Assembly: GCA_017881585.1 (NCBI GenBank)
Contig: JADGQS010000001.1
Location: 932-64,931 of the forward strand
From: Gemmatimonadaceae bacterium
Lineage (GTDB): Bacteria; Gemmatimonadota; Gemmatimonadetes; Gemmatimonadales; Gemmatimonadaceae
Reading direction: 5' to 3'
DNA: 64,000 nt
Position numbers and translations under genes: made by a program. Position 1 is the first letter of the stretch; each line of letters opens with the position of its first letter. This document shows positions 8,320 through 16,678 of this stretch, in pieces. A model generated the notes under the pieces. It saw only the letters and a list, made by a program, of their open reading frames with translations. It made no database searches and was not told the origin of the DNA.

Positions 8320-8940
8320 CTATCGCACGGCCTGGCTGACGCCGAGCATCGCCGCCAGCGCCGCGAACTGGAGCAGCGTGCTCCGCTCACTCCTCCAGGC
8401 GGTTCTCCAGCACAGCGGGCCTCCCCGCTCGAAGACGGGGGCCACCGGCAGCCAGCGCGGCGTGCGAGCCCGGTAGCGCCGATACTCATCGCCGAACGTG
8501 GTCTCGAGCACCGCTTCCTCGTAGCGCACGATCGGCGTGTATTCCAGCGCGAACACCGTCACGGCGACCGGGAGAAGCCACTGGATTCCGGCTATGACGC
8601 TGAAGCCGGTCCAGATGAAGAAGTTCCCGAAATACAGCGGATTGCGCGTCCAGGCGAATGGCCCGTGGGTCACGAGGCTCGTGACCATGCGCGACCGTCG
8701 CCGCGTCTCTGACCCGGCCGCGGCGACGCCCCAGAGCCGCAGAGACTCCCCGAAGGCCACGAAGAGCGCGCCGAAAGCCGTCGACGACTGCATCGGCACG
8801 CCCTGCCAGATGAACGGCACGACGATGAACGGAACCGGGAGGAATCCGCGGCGGCGGAACAGCCAGCCGCCCACGCGTGCGAGCGGCGCGTGCTCGGCGG
8901 GACACGCCGGCGACGCGGCGGTCGGCGAAATGGAAGTCAT
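8320..8940 (-). CDS. Isoprenylcysteine carboxyl / phospholipid methyltransferase family membrane protein
   Basis: LVTHGPFAWTRNPLYFGNFFIW..EEAVLETTFGDEYRRYRARTPRWLP is the ICMT/PEMT signature. Start set to ATG 8940 (MTSISP..); the upstream part of the ORF is Arg-rich and non-protein-like. Confidence 0.75.
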   Translation of the reverse strand: MTSISPTAASPACPAEHAPLARVGGWLFRRRGFLPVPFIVVPFIWQGVPMQSSTAFGALFVAFGESLRLWGVAAAGSETRRRSRMVTSLVTHGPFAWTRNPLYFGNFFIWTGFSVIAGIQWLLPVAVTVFALEYTPIVRYEEAVLETTFGDEYRRYRARTPRWLPVAPVFERGGPLCWRTAWRSERSTLLQFAALAAMLGVSQAVR

Positions 8941-9070
8941 TCGAGTGAAAGCTAGACCCCGTCGGCGAGAAAATGTTCGGCGGGGCAGCGGGCCGCCGGC
9001 TTGGATCACGCGGCGTGTCCCGGTCGCTAGATTTCGCACTCACTCTTCGTTCGCACACTCGGGGGCGCGA

Positions 9071-10264
9071 TTGACCCAGGAAAGCGCTGCGCTGACACAA
9101 CCGACAGCCGCCTACCTCGACACGGACGCCGAAGTCGCGCGATTCGTCGGGGAGATCGGGCGTCCGCGCGAGCTCGCGATCGACACCGAGGGCGCGAGCT
9201 TCCATCGCTTCGTGGACCGGATCTACCTGATCCAGCTCTCGACACGCGACCGGCACGCCATCATCGATCCGCTCCCGATCGCCACGTCCGCGGCGCTGGG
9301 TGCGCTGCTCGAGGATCCGAAGGTGGAGGTCGTCTTCCACGACGCCGACTATGACCTGCGGCTGCTGCACCAGGACTATGGCTGGCACGTCACGAACATT
9401 TTCGACACGAGAATCTCGGCGCAGCTACTGGGCATCACCGCCTTCGGACTCGGCGCGCTGCTCGAGCGGAACTTCGGATTGAAGCTCGACAAGAAGCACC
9501 AGCGCGCGGACTGGTCGATGCGTCCGCTGACGCCCGGCATGCTCGACTACGCCGCGCAAGACACGCTGCACCTGCTCGGGCTGCGCGACGAGATGAAGGA
9601 CGAGCTTGAGAAGAAGGGCCGGTGGGAGTGGGCGAAGGAGGAGTTCCAGCGCCTGGAAGGAACGCGCTGGGCACCCGAGGAGCCGGGCTCCGCCTTCCTT
9701 CGCGTGAAGGGCGCGCGCGACCTCACGCGGCGTGAGCTCGCGATCCTGCGCGAAGTGGTCGTCTGGCGCGACACGGTCGCGCTGCAGCTCGACCGCGCGA
9801 CCTTTCGCGTGGTGGCGAATGAAGTGCTGCTCGAGATCGCGCGTACCGCGCCGTCCAACATCGACGCGCTTGGTGCGATCAAGGGCATGCCGCGCGGCAT
9901 GGTGGAGCGCGCGGGACGCGACGTGCTCGAGGCGGTGAAGCGCGGACTCGCCGTCCCCGACGCGGAGCTGCCGAAGTTCCCGCGCTCGGCGCGGTGGGAC
10001 AAGGATCCGGATTTCGACGCGAAGGTGTCGAAGCTCAAGACCGTTCGCGACGACGCGGCGAAGCGGCTCGCGCTCGATCCCGGCGTCCTCTGCTCGCGCG
10101 AGCGCATGGAGACGATCGCGCGCGCACTGCCGCGCTCGACCGAGGAGCTCGCTCAGATTCCGGGGCTCAAGAACTGGCAGATCGCGGAGATGGGCGATCA
10201 GTTCATCGCGGCGCTTTCGGGGTTCAAGGCCGCGAAGAAAGACTCGCCGTACCGAGAGGGATAA
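9071..10264 (+). CDS. rnd: Ribonuclease D (DEDD 3'-5' exonuclease plus HRDC)
   Basis: LAIDTEGASFHRFVDRIYLIQLS.., HDADYDLRLL, YAAQDTLHLL, and a C-terminal HRDC-like region. Start placed at TTG 9071; the 5' 530 nt of the tracked ORF is antisense to the methyltransferase gene. Confidence 0.78.
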   Translation: MTQESAALTQPTAAYLDTDAEVARFVGEIGRPRELAIDTEGASFHRFVDRIYLIQLSTRDRHAIIDPLPIATSAALGALLEDPKVEVVFHDADYDLRLLHQDYGWHVTNIFDTRISAQLLGITAFGLGALLERNFGLKLDKKHQRADWSMRPLTPGMLDYAAQDTLHLLGLRDEMKDELEKKGRWEWAKEEFQRLEGTRWAPEEPGSAFLRVKGARDLTRRELAILREVVVWRDTVALQLDRATFRVVANEVLLEIARTAPSNIDALGAIKGMPRGMVERAGRDVLEAVKRGLAVPDAELPKFPRSARWDKDPDFDAKVSKLKTVRDDAAKRLALDPGVLCSRERMETIARALPRSTEELAQIPGLKNWQIAEMGDQFIAALSGFKAAKKDSPYREG

Positions 10265-10265
10265 A

Positions 10266-10343
10266 AACGGCGACGGGTGACGGGTGAGGGGCTTCCAAGC
10301 TTAGGAACGGGCGCCAGATCGCCCCTCACCCGTCGCCCGTCGC
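10266..10343. repeat. REP-like hairpin (GCGACGGGTGACGGGTGAGGGGC / GCCCCTCACCCGTCGCCCGTCGC) between convergent rnd and sufT-like genes
   Basis: 23-nt arms at 10270-10292 and 10321-10343 with 22/23 complementary positions and a 28-nt loop. A further half-site CGCTCACCCGTCGCTCG lies downstream. Likely bidirectional terminator. Confidence 0.7.
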
Positions 10344-10386
10344 TCTTCGCCCAATCGCCGCTCACCCGTCGCTCGTTGCCGCCCTC

Positions 10387-10728
10387 TCAGAACCCGAGGT
10401 ACGCCCTCACTCTGGGCTCAATTCGGTCGGGCGTCCACATGGGCGACCACACCAGGTGGACCATCGCGTTTCCGATCCCCTCGATCGCCTGCAGCTGCTG
10501 TTCCGCGTCACCCATGATCTCGGGTCCCGACGGGCAGCCCGGTGATGTGAGGCTCATGTCCACGTCGACGTTGTTGCCGTCCACGCGAATCTCGTAGACG
10601 AGTCCAAGGTCGATGATGTTCAGGTTCAGCTCGGGGTCCTTCACGCGGCGGAGCGCCAGCCGGACCAGGTCCTCGGTGAGCTGGCCGGGTGCGGGCAGGG
10701 CAGCCCCGCCGTCGGCGATCTGCGTCAT
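10387..10728 (-). CDS. DUF59 / SufT-like Fe-S cluster assembly protein
   Basis: 113 aa. VKDPELNLNIIDLGLVYEI..MSLTSPGCPSGPEI is the MIP18/DUF59 motif. ATGA overlap with the upstream gene. Confidence 0.8.
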   Translation of the reverse strand: MTQIADGGAALPAPGQLTEDLVRLALRRVKDPELNLNIIDLGLVYEIRVDGNNVDVDMSLTSPGCPSGPEIMGDAEQQLQAIEGIGNAMVHLVWSPMWTPDRIEPRVRAYLGF

Positions 10729-12074
10729 TTTTTCTTGCTCGTAGCCTTGGACTTTTTCACCACGGCGGGCTTCGCGGCGGTTTTCTTTTTTGACTTTGAC
10801 TTCGGCGTCGCGGTCTGCCTAACAATACCCTTGCGACGGGCCGAGCGCGCGACGCGCACCGCGCGATTCCAGCCCACGGCGCGATCGGCGCGGAACGACA
10901 CCGGCATCTCGGCGACCGCGAGGTTCGCGTCGGTTACCGCGAGCGCGGCGGCATCGGCGAGGTCGGCGCGCACGTCGGCGATGACCTTCGCGGGGCGCTT
11001 CGCGCGCGCCGCGTGCACGCGGTTCGTCAGGAGGATCACGAACATCTGCCGATCGGGGTCAATCCAGATCGACGTGCCCGTGAACCCCGTGTGGCCGTAC
11101 GCGCTGCCGCTGAGATAGTTGCCGGCGCCGTGCGTGCCGTCGGCGACTTCCCATCCGAGCGCGCGATCGCCGGCAGCGCGTGCGGTGAAGAGATGCACCG
11201 TTGAATCGCCGACGATCCTGACGCCGTCGTACGTGCCGCCGTTCAGCATCATCTGTGCGAACACCGCGAGGTCGCTCGCCGTGCCGAACAGGCCGGCATG
11301 GCCCGCGACGCCGCCGAGCGCAAACGCGTTCTCGTCGTGGACTTCACCGCGAACCGGGTAGCCGCGCGGCGGCGAGACTTCCGTCGGCGCGATGCGGTAC
11401 ACGAGCGAGTCCGAGGGACGGAATCCGGTGTCGTGCATGCCGAGCGGCGTGAACACGCGATCGGCGAGGAAGCGGTCGAGCGGCATTCCCGCGGCGGCCT
11501 CCACGACCCACCCGAGAATGTCGGCACCCAGGTCGGAGTATACCTGGCCATGACCGGGGTGATACTCGAGCGGCGTGTCGAGCACGAGCTGGCGCGCCTC
11601 TTCCGGCGAGTGCGCGTGGCGCCAGAGATCGCGTCCCGCGGGCAGGCCGCTGCGGTGCTCGAGCAACTCGCGCACGGTGACGAGATCCTTCTCTCCGCCA
11701 CCGAACCCCGGCAGGTAGTGCGTGACTTTCTCGTCGAGGACGAGCTTGCCTTCGTCGAACAGGATCATCGCGGCCGTGGTCGTGCCGATGACCTTGGTGA
11801 GCGAGGCGAGATCGTAGATGGTTTGGTCCGGGAGGACCGCCGGGCTGTCGGGGGTCCAGCCGAGATGGCCAAAGCCCTTTTGCCAGACGGTGGCGCCCTT
11901 GCGGCCGACGACCACCGCCGCGCCGGGATAGCCGCCGGCGTCGAGCCCGCGCTGCACCACCCGGTCGATCGTTTCGAGGCGCGCGGCGCTCATGCCGACG
12001 GCCGTGGGCGCCTTGATGGGCAGCCCGTCCGCGGGAAGCGTGGTGACGGCAGCGACGAGAAGCTCGAAGAACAC
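10725..12074 (-). CDS. Serine hydrolase of the beta-lactamase/transpeptidase family with a Lys-rich C-terminal tail
   Basis: SxxK motif in DLASLTKVIGT, YSD, HTGFTG. The C-terminal ~35 aa is KSKSKKKTAAKPAVVKKSKATSKKK. Confidence 0.85.
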   Translation of the reverse strand: MFFELLVAAVTTLPADGLPIKAPTAVGMSAARLETIDRVVQRGLDAGGYPGAAVVVGRKGATVWQKGFGHLGWTPDSPAVLPDQTIYDLASLTKVIGTTTAAMILFDEGKLVLDEKVTHYLPGFGGGEKDLVTVRELLEHRSGLPAGRDLWRHAHSPEEARQLVLDTPLEYHPGHGQVYSDLGADILGWVVEAAAGMPLDRFLADRVFTPLGMHDTGFRPSDSLVYRIAPTEVSPPRGYPVRGEVHDENAFALGGVAGHAGLFGTASDLAVFAQMMLNGGTYDGVRIVGDSTVHLFTARAAGDRALGWEVADGTHGAGNYLSGSAYGHTGFTGTSIWIDPDRQMFVILLTNRVHAARAKRPAKVIADVRADLADAAALAVTDANLAVAEMPVSFRADRAVGWNRAVRVARSARRKGIVRQTATPKSKSKKKTAAKPAVVKKSKATSKKK

Positions 12075-12211
12075 GGTGTCTACGGAAGAATGGGATGTCG
12101 CGGAGCCGGGGGACGTTCTACGGTTAAGCGATCCTGGGGTAACGCAGAGCTATGGCGCGCGGACCCGTACGTCAAGACGATCGGCGGAGGGGTGCTGTCA
12201 CAAATTTGGAT

Positions 12212-12264
12212 GGCAACCGAGGAGGTGCCGGCACGGCAACCGACGAGGGGCCCGAAGGGCAACC
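12212..12264 (+). promoter_or_regulatory. Three direct GGCAACC repeats at 23-nt spacing upstream of the ECF sigma gene
   Basis: GGCAACCGAGGAGG 12212-12225, GGCAACCGACGAGG 12235-12248, GGCAACC 12258-12264. The last copy is 38 nt before the start codon. Confidence 0.3.
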
Positions 12265-12301
12265 TTTTCGCTGCTCCGTGTGACTGAAAGAGCGAACAGA
12301 C

Positions 12302-12883
12302 ATGCCTCCCACCGATCAGATCACGATACGCCGGGCAATCAACGGCGACGAGAGCGCGCTGCGGGCCATTTGGACGCAGCACGCCCCGAGGATTGACGCG
12401 CTCGTGCGCCGTCTCGTTGGCGATCCCGATCAGGCGGCGGACGTGGCGCAGGAAGTGTGGATCCAGATCTTCCGGGCGCTGCCCGGATACCGCGGCGACT
12501 CGCAGTTCTCGACCTGGGCGCATCGCATCGCGGTGAACCGCACGCTGAACGCGCTGCGCTCGCTGAGGCGGGTGTCGCGGATCGAAGTGGACATCGAGGA
12601 AGACAGTTTTTCGGTGGAGCACGACGGTGACCGGTCGATGCTGGCGCAGACGATCGACGAAGCGGTCCAGAAATTATCTCCCGGTGCGCGGCACGTGTTC
12701 GTGTTGCACGACGTGGAGGGATATACGCACGAAGAAATCGCGGCCGAGCTCGGCATCACGTCGGGCGGGTCGAAATCACAGTTGTTCAAGGCGCGGGCCA
12801 AGCTTCGCCGGCTGCTCGCGCCGCTCATGGACGAATCCGTGCCGGCGAAGGAAGAAGCAGACGATGTCGCATCTCAATCCTGA
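12302..12883 (+). CDS. ECF-type RNA polymerase sigma-70 factor
   Basis: Region 2 DVAQEVWIQIFR..FSTWAHRIAVNR. Region 4 EGYTHEEIAAELGITSGGSKSQLFKARAKLR. Confidence 0.9.
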   Translation: MPPTDQITIRRAINGDESALRAIWTQHAPRIDALVRRLVGDPDQAADVAQEVWIQIFRALPGYRGDSQFSTWAHRIAVNRTLNALRSLRRVSRIEVDIEEDSFSVEHDGDRSMLAQTIDEAVQKLSPGARHVFVLHDVEGYTHEEIAAELGITSGGSKSQLFKARAKLRRLLAPLMDESVPAKEEADDVASQS

Positions 12884-13568
12884 ACGTCTCGCGGCGCTGT
12901 CGGACGACACGCCGACGCCGATCGAGTCGGCGCACATCACCACGTGCGACGCTTGCTCGGCAGAACTCGTCGCGCAGCGAAAGCTCGCGCGCATGGCCGC
13001 GGCGGCGGGGCCGCTGACCGACGGTCCGATCTCGAACTTCGACGCACTGGTGCCGAGGCTGAAGGCCGAGGGACTGATCGCCCGCGCAGACCGCGGTGCG
13101 CTGGCGATCCGGTGGACGATGCGGGCGGCGGCGTCGCTCGCGCTCGTGGCGGGAGGGGTGCTCGCGGGCCGCCTGTCGGTGGCGGTGAAGGGCGGAGCGC
13201 TGGCGCAGGGAGCGGATGCGTCCGGTGGGACTTCGCTTGCGGCGCTCGCGCAGCCGGTCTCGTCGTTCCAGACGCCGGACGATGCGGTGAAGGCGCTCTC
13301 GATGTCGCAGCAGACGTACCAGAGCGCGGCGGCCTATCTCGCGGCGCAGGACACTACGTCGCACTTCATCGGGCTGAACGAGAACACGTATCGCACGCGG
13401 CTCACCGCGCTCGACGACATCCTCGCGGCGACGCGCGCGGCGCTCTATCAGGCCCCGCAGGACCCCGTGCTGAACCAGTACTACCAAGGCACGCTCAGTG
13501 CGCGCCAGGCGACGCTCGTGCAACTGCGCGGCGTGATGCCCGTGGCGGCGCGCAAGGGGAGCTACTGA
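12864..13568 (+). CDS. Anti-sigma factor (ZAS-type H-x3-C-x2-C, single TM)
   Basis: ATG 12864 overlaps the sigma gene end. MSHLNPERLAALSDD..AHITTCDACSAE, then TM helix AAASLALVAGGVLAG. The 5' part of the tracked ORF is an out-of-frame overlap with the sigma gene. Confidence 0.7.
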   Translation: MSHLNPERLAALSDDTPTPIESAHITTCDACSAELVAQRKLARMAAAAGPLTDGPISNFDALVPRLKAEGLIARADRGALAIRWTMRAAASLALVAGGVLAGRLSVAVKGGALAQGADASGGTSLAALAQPVSSFQTPDDAVKALSMSQQTYQSAAAYLAAQDTTSHFIGLNENTYRTRLTALDDILAATRAALYQAPQDPVLNQYYQGTLSARQATLVQLRGVMPVAARKGSY

Positions 13569-14746
13569 TGCGACGCAACAGGCATGCGGCAATGAGCCGC
13601 CCGGCCGCTGAACTCGGTGTGCTAGGCGCGCTGCTCGTGTGCGGCGTTCTGCTTCCGGCGGGTGCCGCGGCGCAGGCGGAGCCGCCGCAGCGACGCGTGA
13701 GGATCATCCACTCCGATTCCATGATCATGCGCGCCGATTCCACGATTGTGCGCGTGACCGTCAACACGGCCCGGATCGAGCAGCTCATTCACGACCTGAT
13801 GGCGTCGAAGGCGATGGAGCAGACGATCGGGCAGTCGCTGCGCGAGGCGTCGGGGCAGGCCAGCGATCCGAAGAAAATGCGCCAGCTGTCCGAAGAACTC
13901 GGCCGCATCGCGCAGAAGAACGCCGCGCTGATCACGACGATCGAGATGTCCTGCGCAGGCGACCGCCAGGCCGACGGGTACATCGGCGTGCAGTTCAGCG
14001 AGCTGCAGACGGTGATGGGCGAGGATGCGCCGCAGGCGCCGCCGCTGCGCGAATATCCGAAGATCGACTCGGTGTATTCCGGCTCGCCCGCGAGCAAGGC
14101 CGGAGTGCGTCGCGGTGACATCGTCCTGCTCATCGGGGGAACGGACGCGCGTCGCCCGGTGCAGCTCGACAAGCTGCTCCGGCCGCTGACGAAGCTGCCG
14201 GTGCGCGTGCAGCGCGACGGCGCGCATAAGGACCTCACGATCGTCGTCGAGAAGCGGCCGACCGATTTCAATTCCGACTGCGCGAATGTGGACCAGGTGA
14301 TCGGGCCGGAATTCGACCGTCCGATGGTCTTCATGCGCTCGCGCGCTGCGATGGCGCCGGACGCGGTGCCGGCGTTTCCGCGCAGCCCGATGCCGCCGAT
14401 GCCGCCGATGCCGCCGTTCGCGGGCTTCTCATACGGATTCTCGACGACGAACTCGGCGATCGCAGGAGCAACGCTCATGCCGCTGACCGACGACTGGCGT
14501 GCGACGCTCGGCGTGGACAACGGCGTGCTCGTGACGAAGGTGCTTCCCCGCACACCCGCGAAAGACTCGGGACTTCACGACGGCGACGTCATCATCTCGG
14601 CCGACGGACAGACCGTTGCGTCGGTGCGCACGCTCTCACGCATCGTGAGCAACGCAAAGGCGAACGCCGTGAGGCTGCAGGTCATTCGGGCGGGCAAGCC
14701 GCAGGTGATCGTGCTGCGCTGGCAGGAGACAGCGCCGGACGAATAG
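13568..14746 (+). CDS. Secreted protein with two PDZ domains and no protease domain
   Basis: TGATG overlap with the anti-sigma gene. Signal peptide LGALLVCGVLLPAGAAAQA. PDZ-like SVYSGSPASKAGVRRGDIVLLIGG and VTKVLPRTPAKDSGLHDGDVIISADG. PMPPMPPMPP linker. Confidence 0.7.
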   Translation: MRRNRHAAMSRPAAELGVLGALLVCGVLLPAGAAAQAEPPQRRVRIIHSDSMIMRADSTIVRVTVNTARIEQLIHDLMASKAMEQTIGQSLREASGQASDPKKMRQLSEELGRIAQKNAALITTIEMSCAGDRQADGYIGVQFSELQTVMGEDAPQAPPLREYPKIDSVYSGSPASKAGVRRGDIVLLIGGTDARRPVQLDKLLRPLTKLPVRVQRDGAHKDLTIVVEKRPTDFNSDCANVDQVIGPEFDRPMVFMRSRAAMAPDAVPAFPRSPMPPMPPMPPFAGFSYGFSTTNSAIAGATLMPLTDDWRATLGVDNGVLVTKVLPRTPAKDSGLHDGDVIISADGQTVASVRTLSRIVSNAKANAVRLQVIRAGKPQVIVLRWQETAPDE

Positions 14747-14750
14747 AAAC

Positions 14751-14940
14751 AGGGACGAGCGACGGGTGAGGGGCGATCTGGCGAAGAGCGATGGGCGACG
14801 GGTGAGGGGCGACCTGGCGAAGAGCGACGCGTGAGAAGGGAGGAGAAGGTCTCCTCGCCCCTTACGCGTCGCTCTTCGCCAAGTCGCCCCTCACCCGTCG
14901 CTCGTCCCTCTTCGCAAACCCCTCACCCGTCGCTCGTCGC
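14751..14940. repeat. Compound palindrome built from GCGACGGGTGAGGGGCGAYCTGGCGAAGAGCGA units (REP-like), between convergent genes
   Basis: Two direct units on the left (14756-14830), centre AGGAGAAGGTCTCCT near 14845, and two inverted units on the right (14855-14939). Confidence 0.8.
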
Positions 14941-14966
14941 TGAATCGAAACGCCGTTGCTTATCAG

Positions 14967-15761
14967 CTACGGCGCGACGGGCTTCGCGACCGCCCCTGGC
15001 GGCAGCTTGTAAATCAGCGCTGCCGTCCGCAGGTCCGCGGCCGACAGCGTCATGACGTGCACCCTCGCCGACATGATGTCGTCGGGGTTCGGGCTGTGGT
15101 CGAGCCCGATGAGGTGCCCCACCTCGTGCAGCGCGATCGTGCGGATCATCTGCTGGTCGTACGCCTCGCCGGTCGGACGGTGAAGCGCGACCTCGATGTC
15201 GGCTCCGACGATCCACCAGTTCTGGTCGCGGGCCCAGTACGTCTTGCCGGCGGCGGTATCGTCGAATCGATCGACCCACACGACGTGCACCTCGGCCTGC
15301 GACGAATCATCCACGAACAGGAATCGCATCGGCACGCCCGACGCGGCCCACGTGTAGAACGCGTCGCGCGTGCGATCGCGGAAGTCCGGCCAGAAATCGC
15401 GGAGCGTGGTGGTGGGCTGGATCCACACGGTCACGGGATCGCCGCGCCGTTCGACCCATCGCGCCACGTTGCCATCGCGTGCGGCGAGAATGGCGTCCAT
15501 GTACGTCGCACCGCGGGCCTCGATGAGGAGACGCGAGATCGCCGGATAGTCCCGCGGCGGCGGCGGCGGAAGCGACGATTTGCGGACGCTGCTGAGGCCC
15601 TTGCCGCCCTCGTCGGAGGCGGCGACGGGGGAGTCGGTTGCGGCTGCGGCAGCCGGCCTCGCGCGGCGCGGCGCACGCCATGCCTGCAGGCCCACGAATC
15701 CACCCACGGCGAGCAGCACGCCGAAGAGCGCCGAGAAGGTCACTGCCTCCGAGCGCTTCAC
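14967..15761 (-). CDS. Metzincin (matrixin-like) zinc metalloprotease, membrane-anchored
   Basis: HEVGHLIGLDH is HExxHxxGxxH. N-terminal TM FSALFGVLLAVGGFVGL. GTG start 15761 forms a GTGA overlap with the upstream hydrolase stop. The rest of the tracked 455-aa ORF is Arg-rich shadow. Confidence 0.7.
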   Translation of the reverse strand: MKRSEAVTFSALFGVLLAVGGFVGLQAWRAPRRARPAAAAATDSPVAASDEGGKGLSSVRKSSLPPPPPRDYPAISRLLIEARGATYMDAILAARDGNVARWVERRGDPVTVWIQPTTTLRDFWPDFRDRTRDAFYTWAASGVPMRFLFVDDSSQAEVHVVWVDRFDDTAAGKTYWARDQNWWIVGADIEVALHRPTGEAYDQQMIRTIALHEVGHLIGLDHSPNPDDIMSARVHVMTLSAADLRTAALIYKLPPGAVAKPVAP

Positions 15762-16678
15762 GAGCCAGCGTCGGGTTGGTCGAGAAATCCGCGCACCGCG
15801 GCGAAGAACTCCACGGGCCGCTCGAAGAACGGCATGTGACCCGCGCCCTCGATGATGAGCGCGCTCGCGCGAGGCACAAGCGCCGCGATCTCGTGAGCGA
15901 GCCGCGACGGAATCACGTCCTGCGCGCCGTGAACCACGAGCGTTCGCGCCGCGATGTCCCGTACGCCGGAACGCCAGTCGTATCCCTCGCGCCGGAGGCT
16001 CGCGGCCACGGCCGCACCGGCTGCGCTCGCCTCGTGCGGCGGCCGGAACAGTGCGGCGAAGTCGTGATCGGCAAAGTACGCCGGGTAGATCGCGCGGCTG
16101 TACTCGGCGTGCACCGACGGGTCGTCGGCGTGGAGCATGCGCGGATCGATCGCGGCGAGCGCCTCGCGCTCCACGCCGGCGAGCCGCGCTAAAGCGTCGG
16201 CATGCAGGGACTGAATCCACAGGCTCGTCGGCCCCACGGCGTCGGCGAGCACGAGACGGCGGACGCCGATCGCATCGCGCGACGCGGCGAGCATCGCGAT
16301 GCCGCCTCCCCATGAATGCCCGAGCACGTCCCACCGCGCGATCCCCAACGCTTCGCGAATGGCGACCGCGTCACCGGCATCGTACTCGATGCGCGAGTTG
16401 CGCACCGCCGGCGGCACCTCGCTCGCGCCCCGGCCACGCTGGTCGTACAGGATGAGCCGGCGGCTCGCCGCGAGCGGGGCGAGCGCCGGCCAGAGCAGCG
16501 CGTGCGAGTACAGCATCCCGCCGTTGATGCAGAGCAGGGGCGGCACGCCGGCGACTTCGGGCGATGAGAACACCGCGAACGAGAGTCCCCGCGCCTCCAC
16601 CATGTGCCGCGCGAGGCGCGGCGCGCGCGGCTGCGACTTCTTGAACGCCAGCAGGCGCTCGCGTGCGGTCGAGTTCAT
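15758..16678 (-). CDS. Alpha/beta hydrolase (proline iminopeptidase-like)
   Basis: Nucleophile elbow GHSWGG, YDQRGRGAS, C-terminal GAGHMPFFE. ATGA overlap with the queG stop. Confidence 0.85.
   Translation of the reverse strand: MNSTARERLLAFKKSQPRAPRLARHMVEARGLSFAVFSSPEVAGVPPLLCINGGMLYSHALLWPALAPLAASRRLILYDQRGRGASEVPPAVRNSRIEYDAGDAVAIREALGIARWDVLGHSWGGGIAMLAASRDAIGVRRLVLADAVGPTSLWIQSLHADALARLAGVEREALAAIDPRMLHADDPSVHAEYSRAIYPAYFADHDFAALFRPPHEASAAGAAVAASLRREGYDWRSGVRDIAARTLVVHGAQDVIPSRLAHEIAALVPRASALIIEGAGHMPFFERPVEFFAAVRGFLDQPDAGS

Noticed and set aside
12075-12301. SRP RNA, a riboswitch or another known structured RNA in the longer intergenic regions (also 25463-25661, 40093-40374, 46252-46521 and 55870-56045)
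   Set aside because: I could not recognise conserved cores of tRNA, tmRNA, SRP, RNase P, 6S or common riboswitches by eye. This is a weak negative, and covariance-model scanning would be needed.
14751-14940. A CRISPR array was considered for the repeat clusters here, at 40212-40353 and at 10266-10343
   Set aside because: The units are arranged as inverted arms of fold-back structures, not as regularly spaced direct repeats with unique spacers. No cas genes are in the window.
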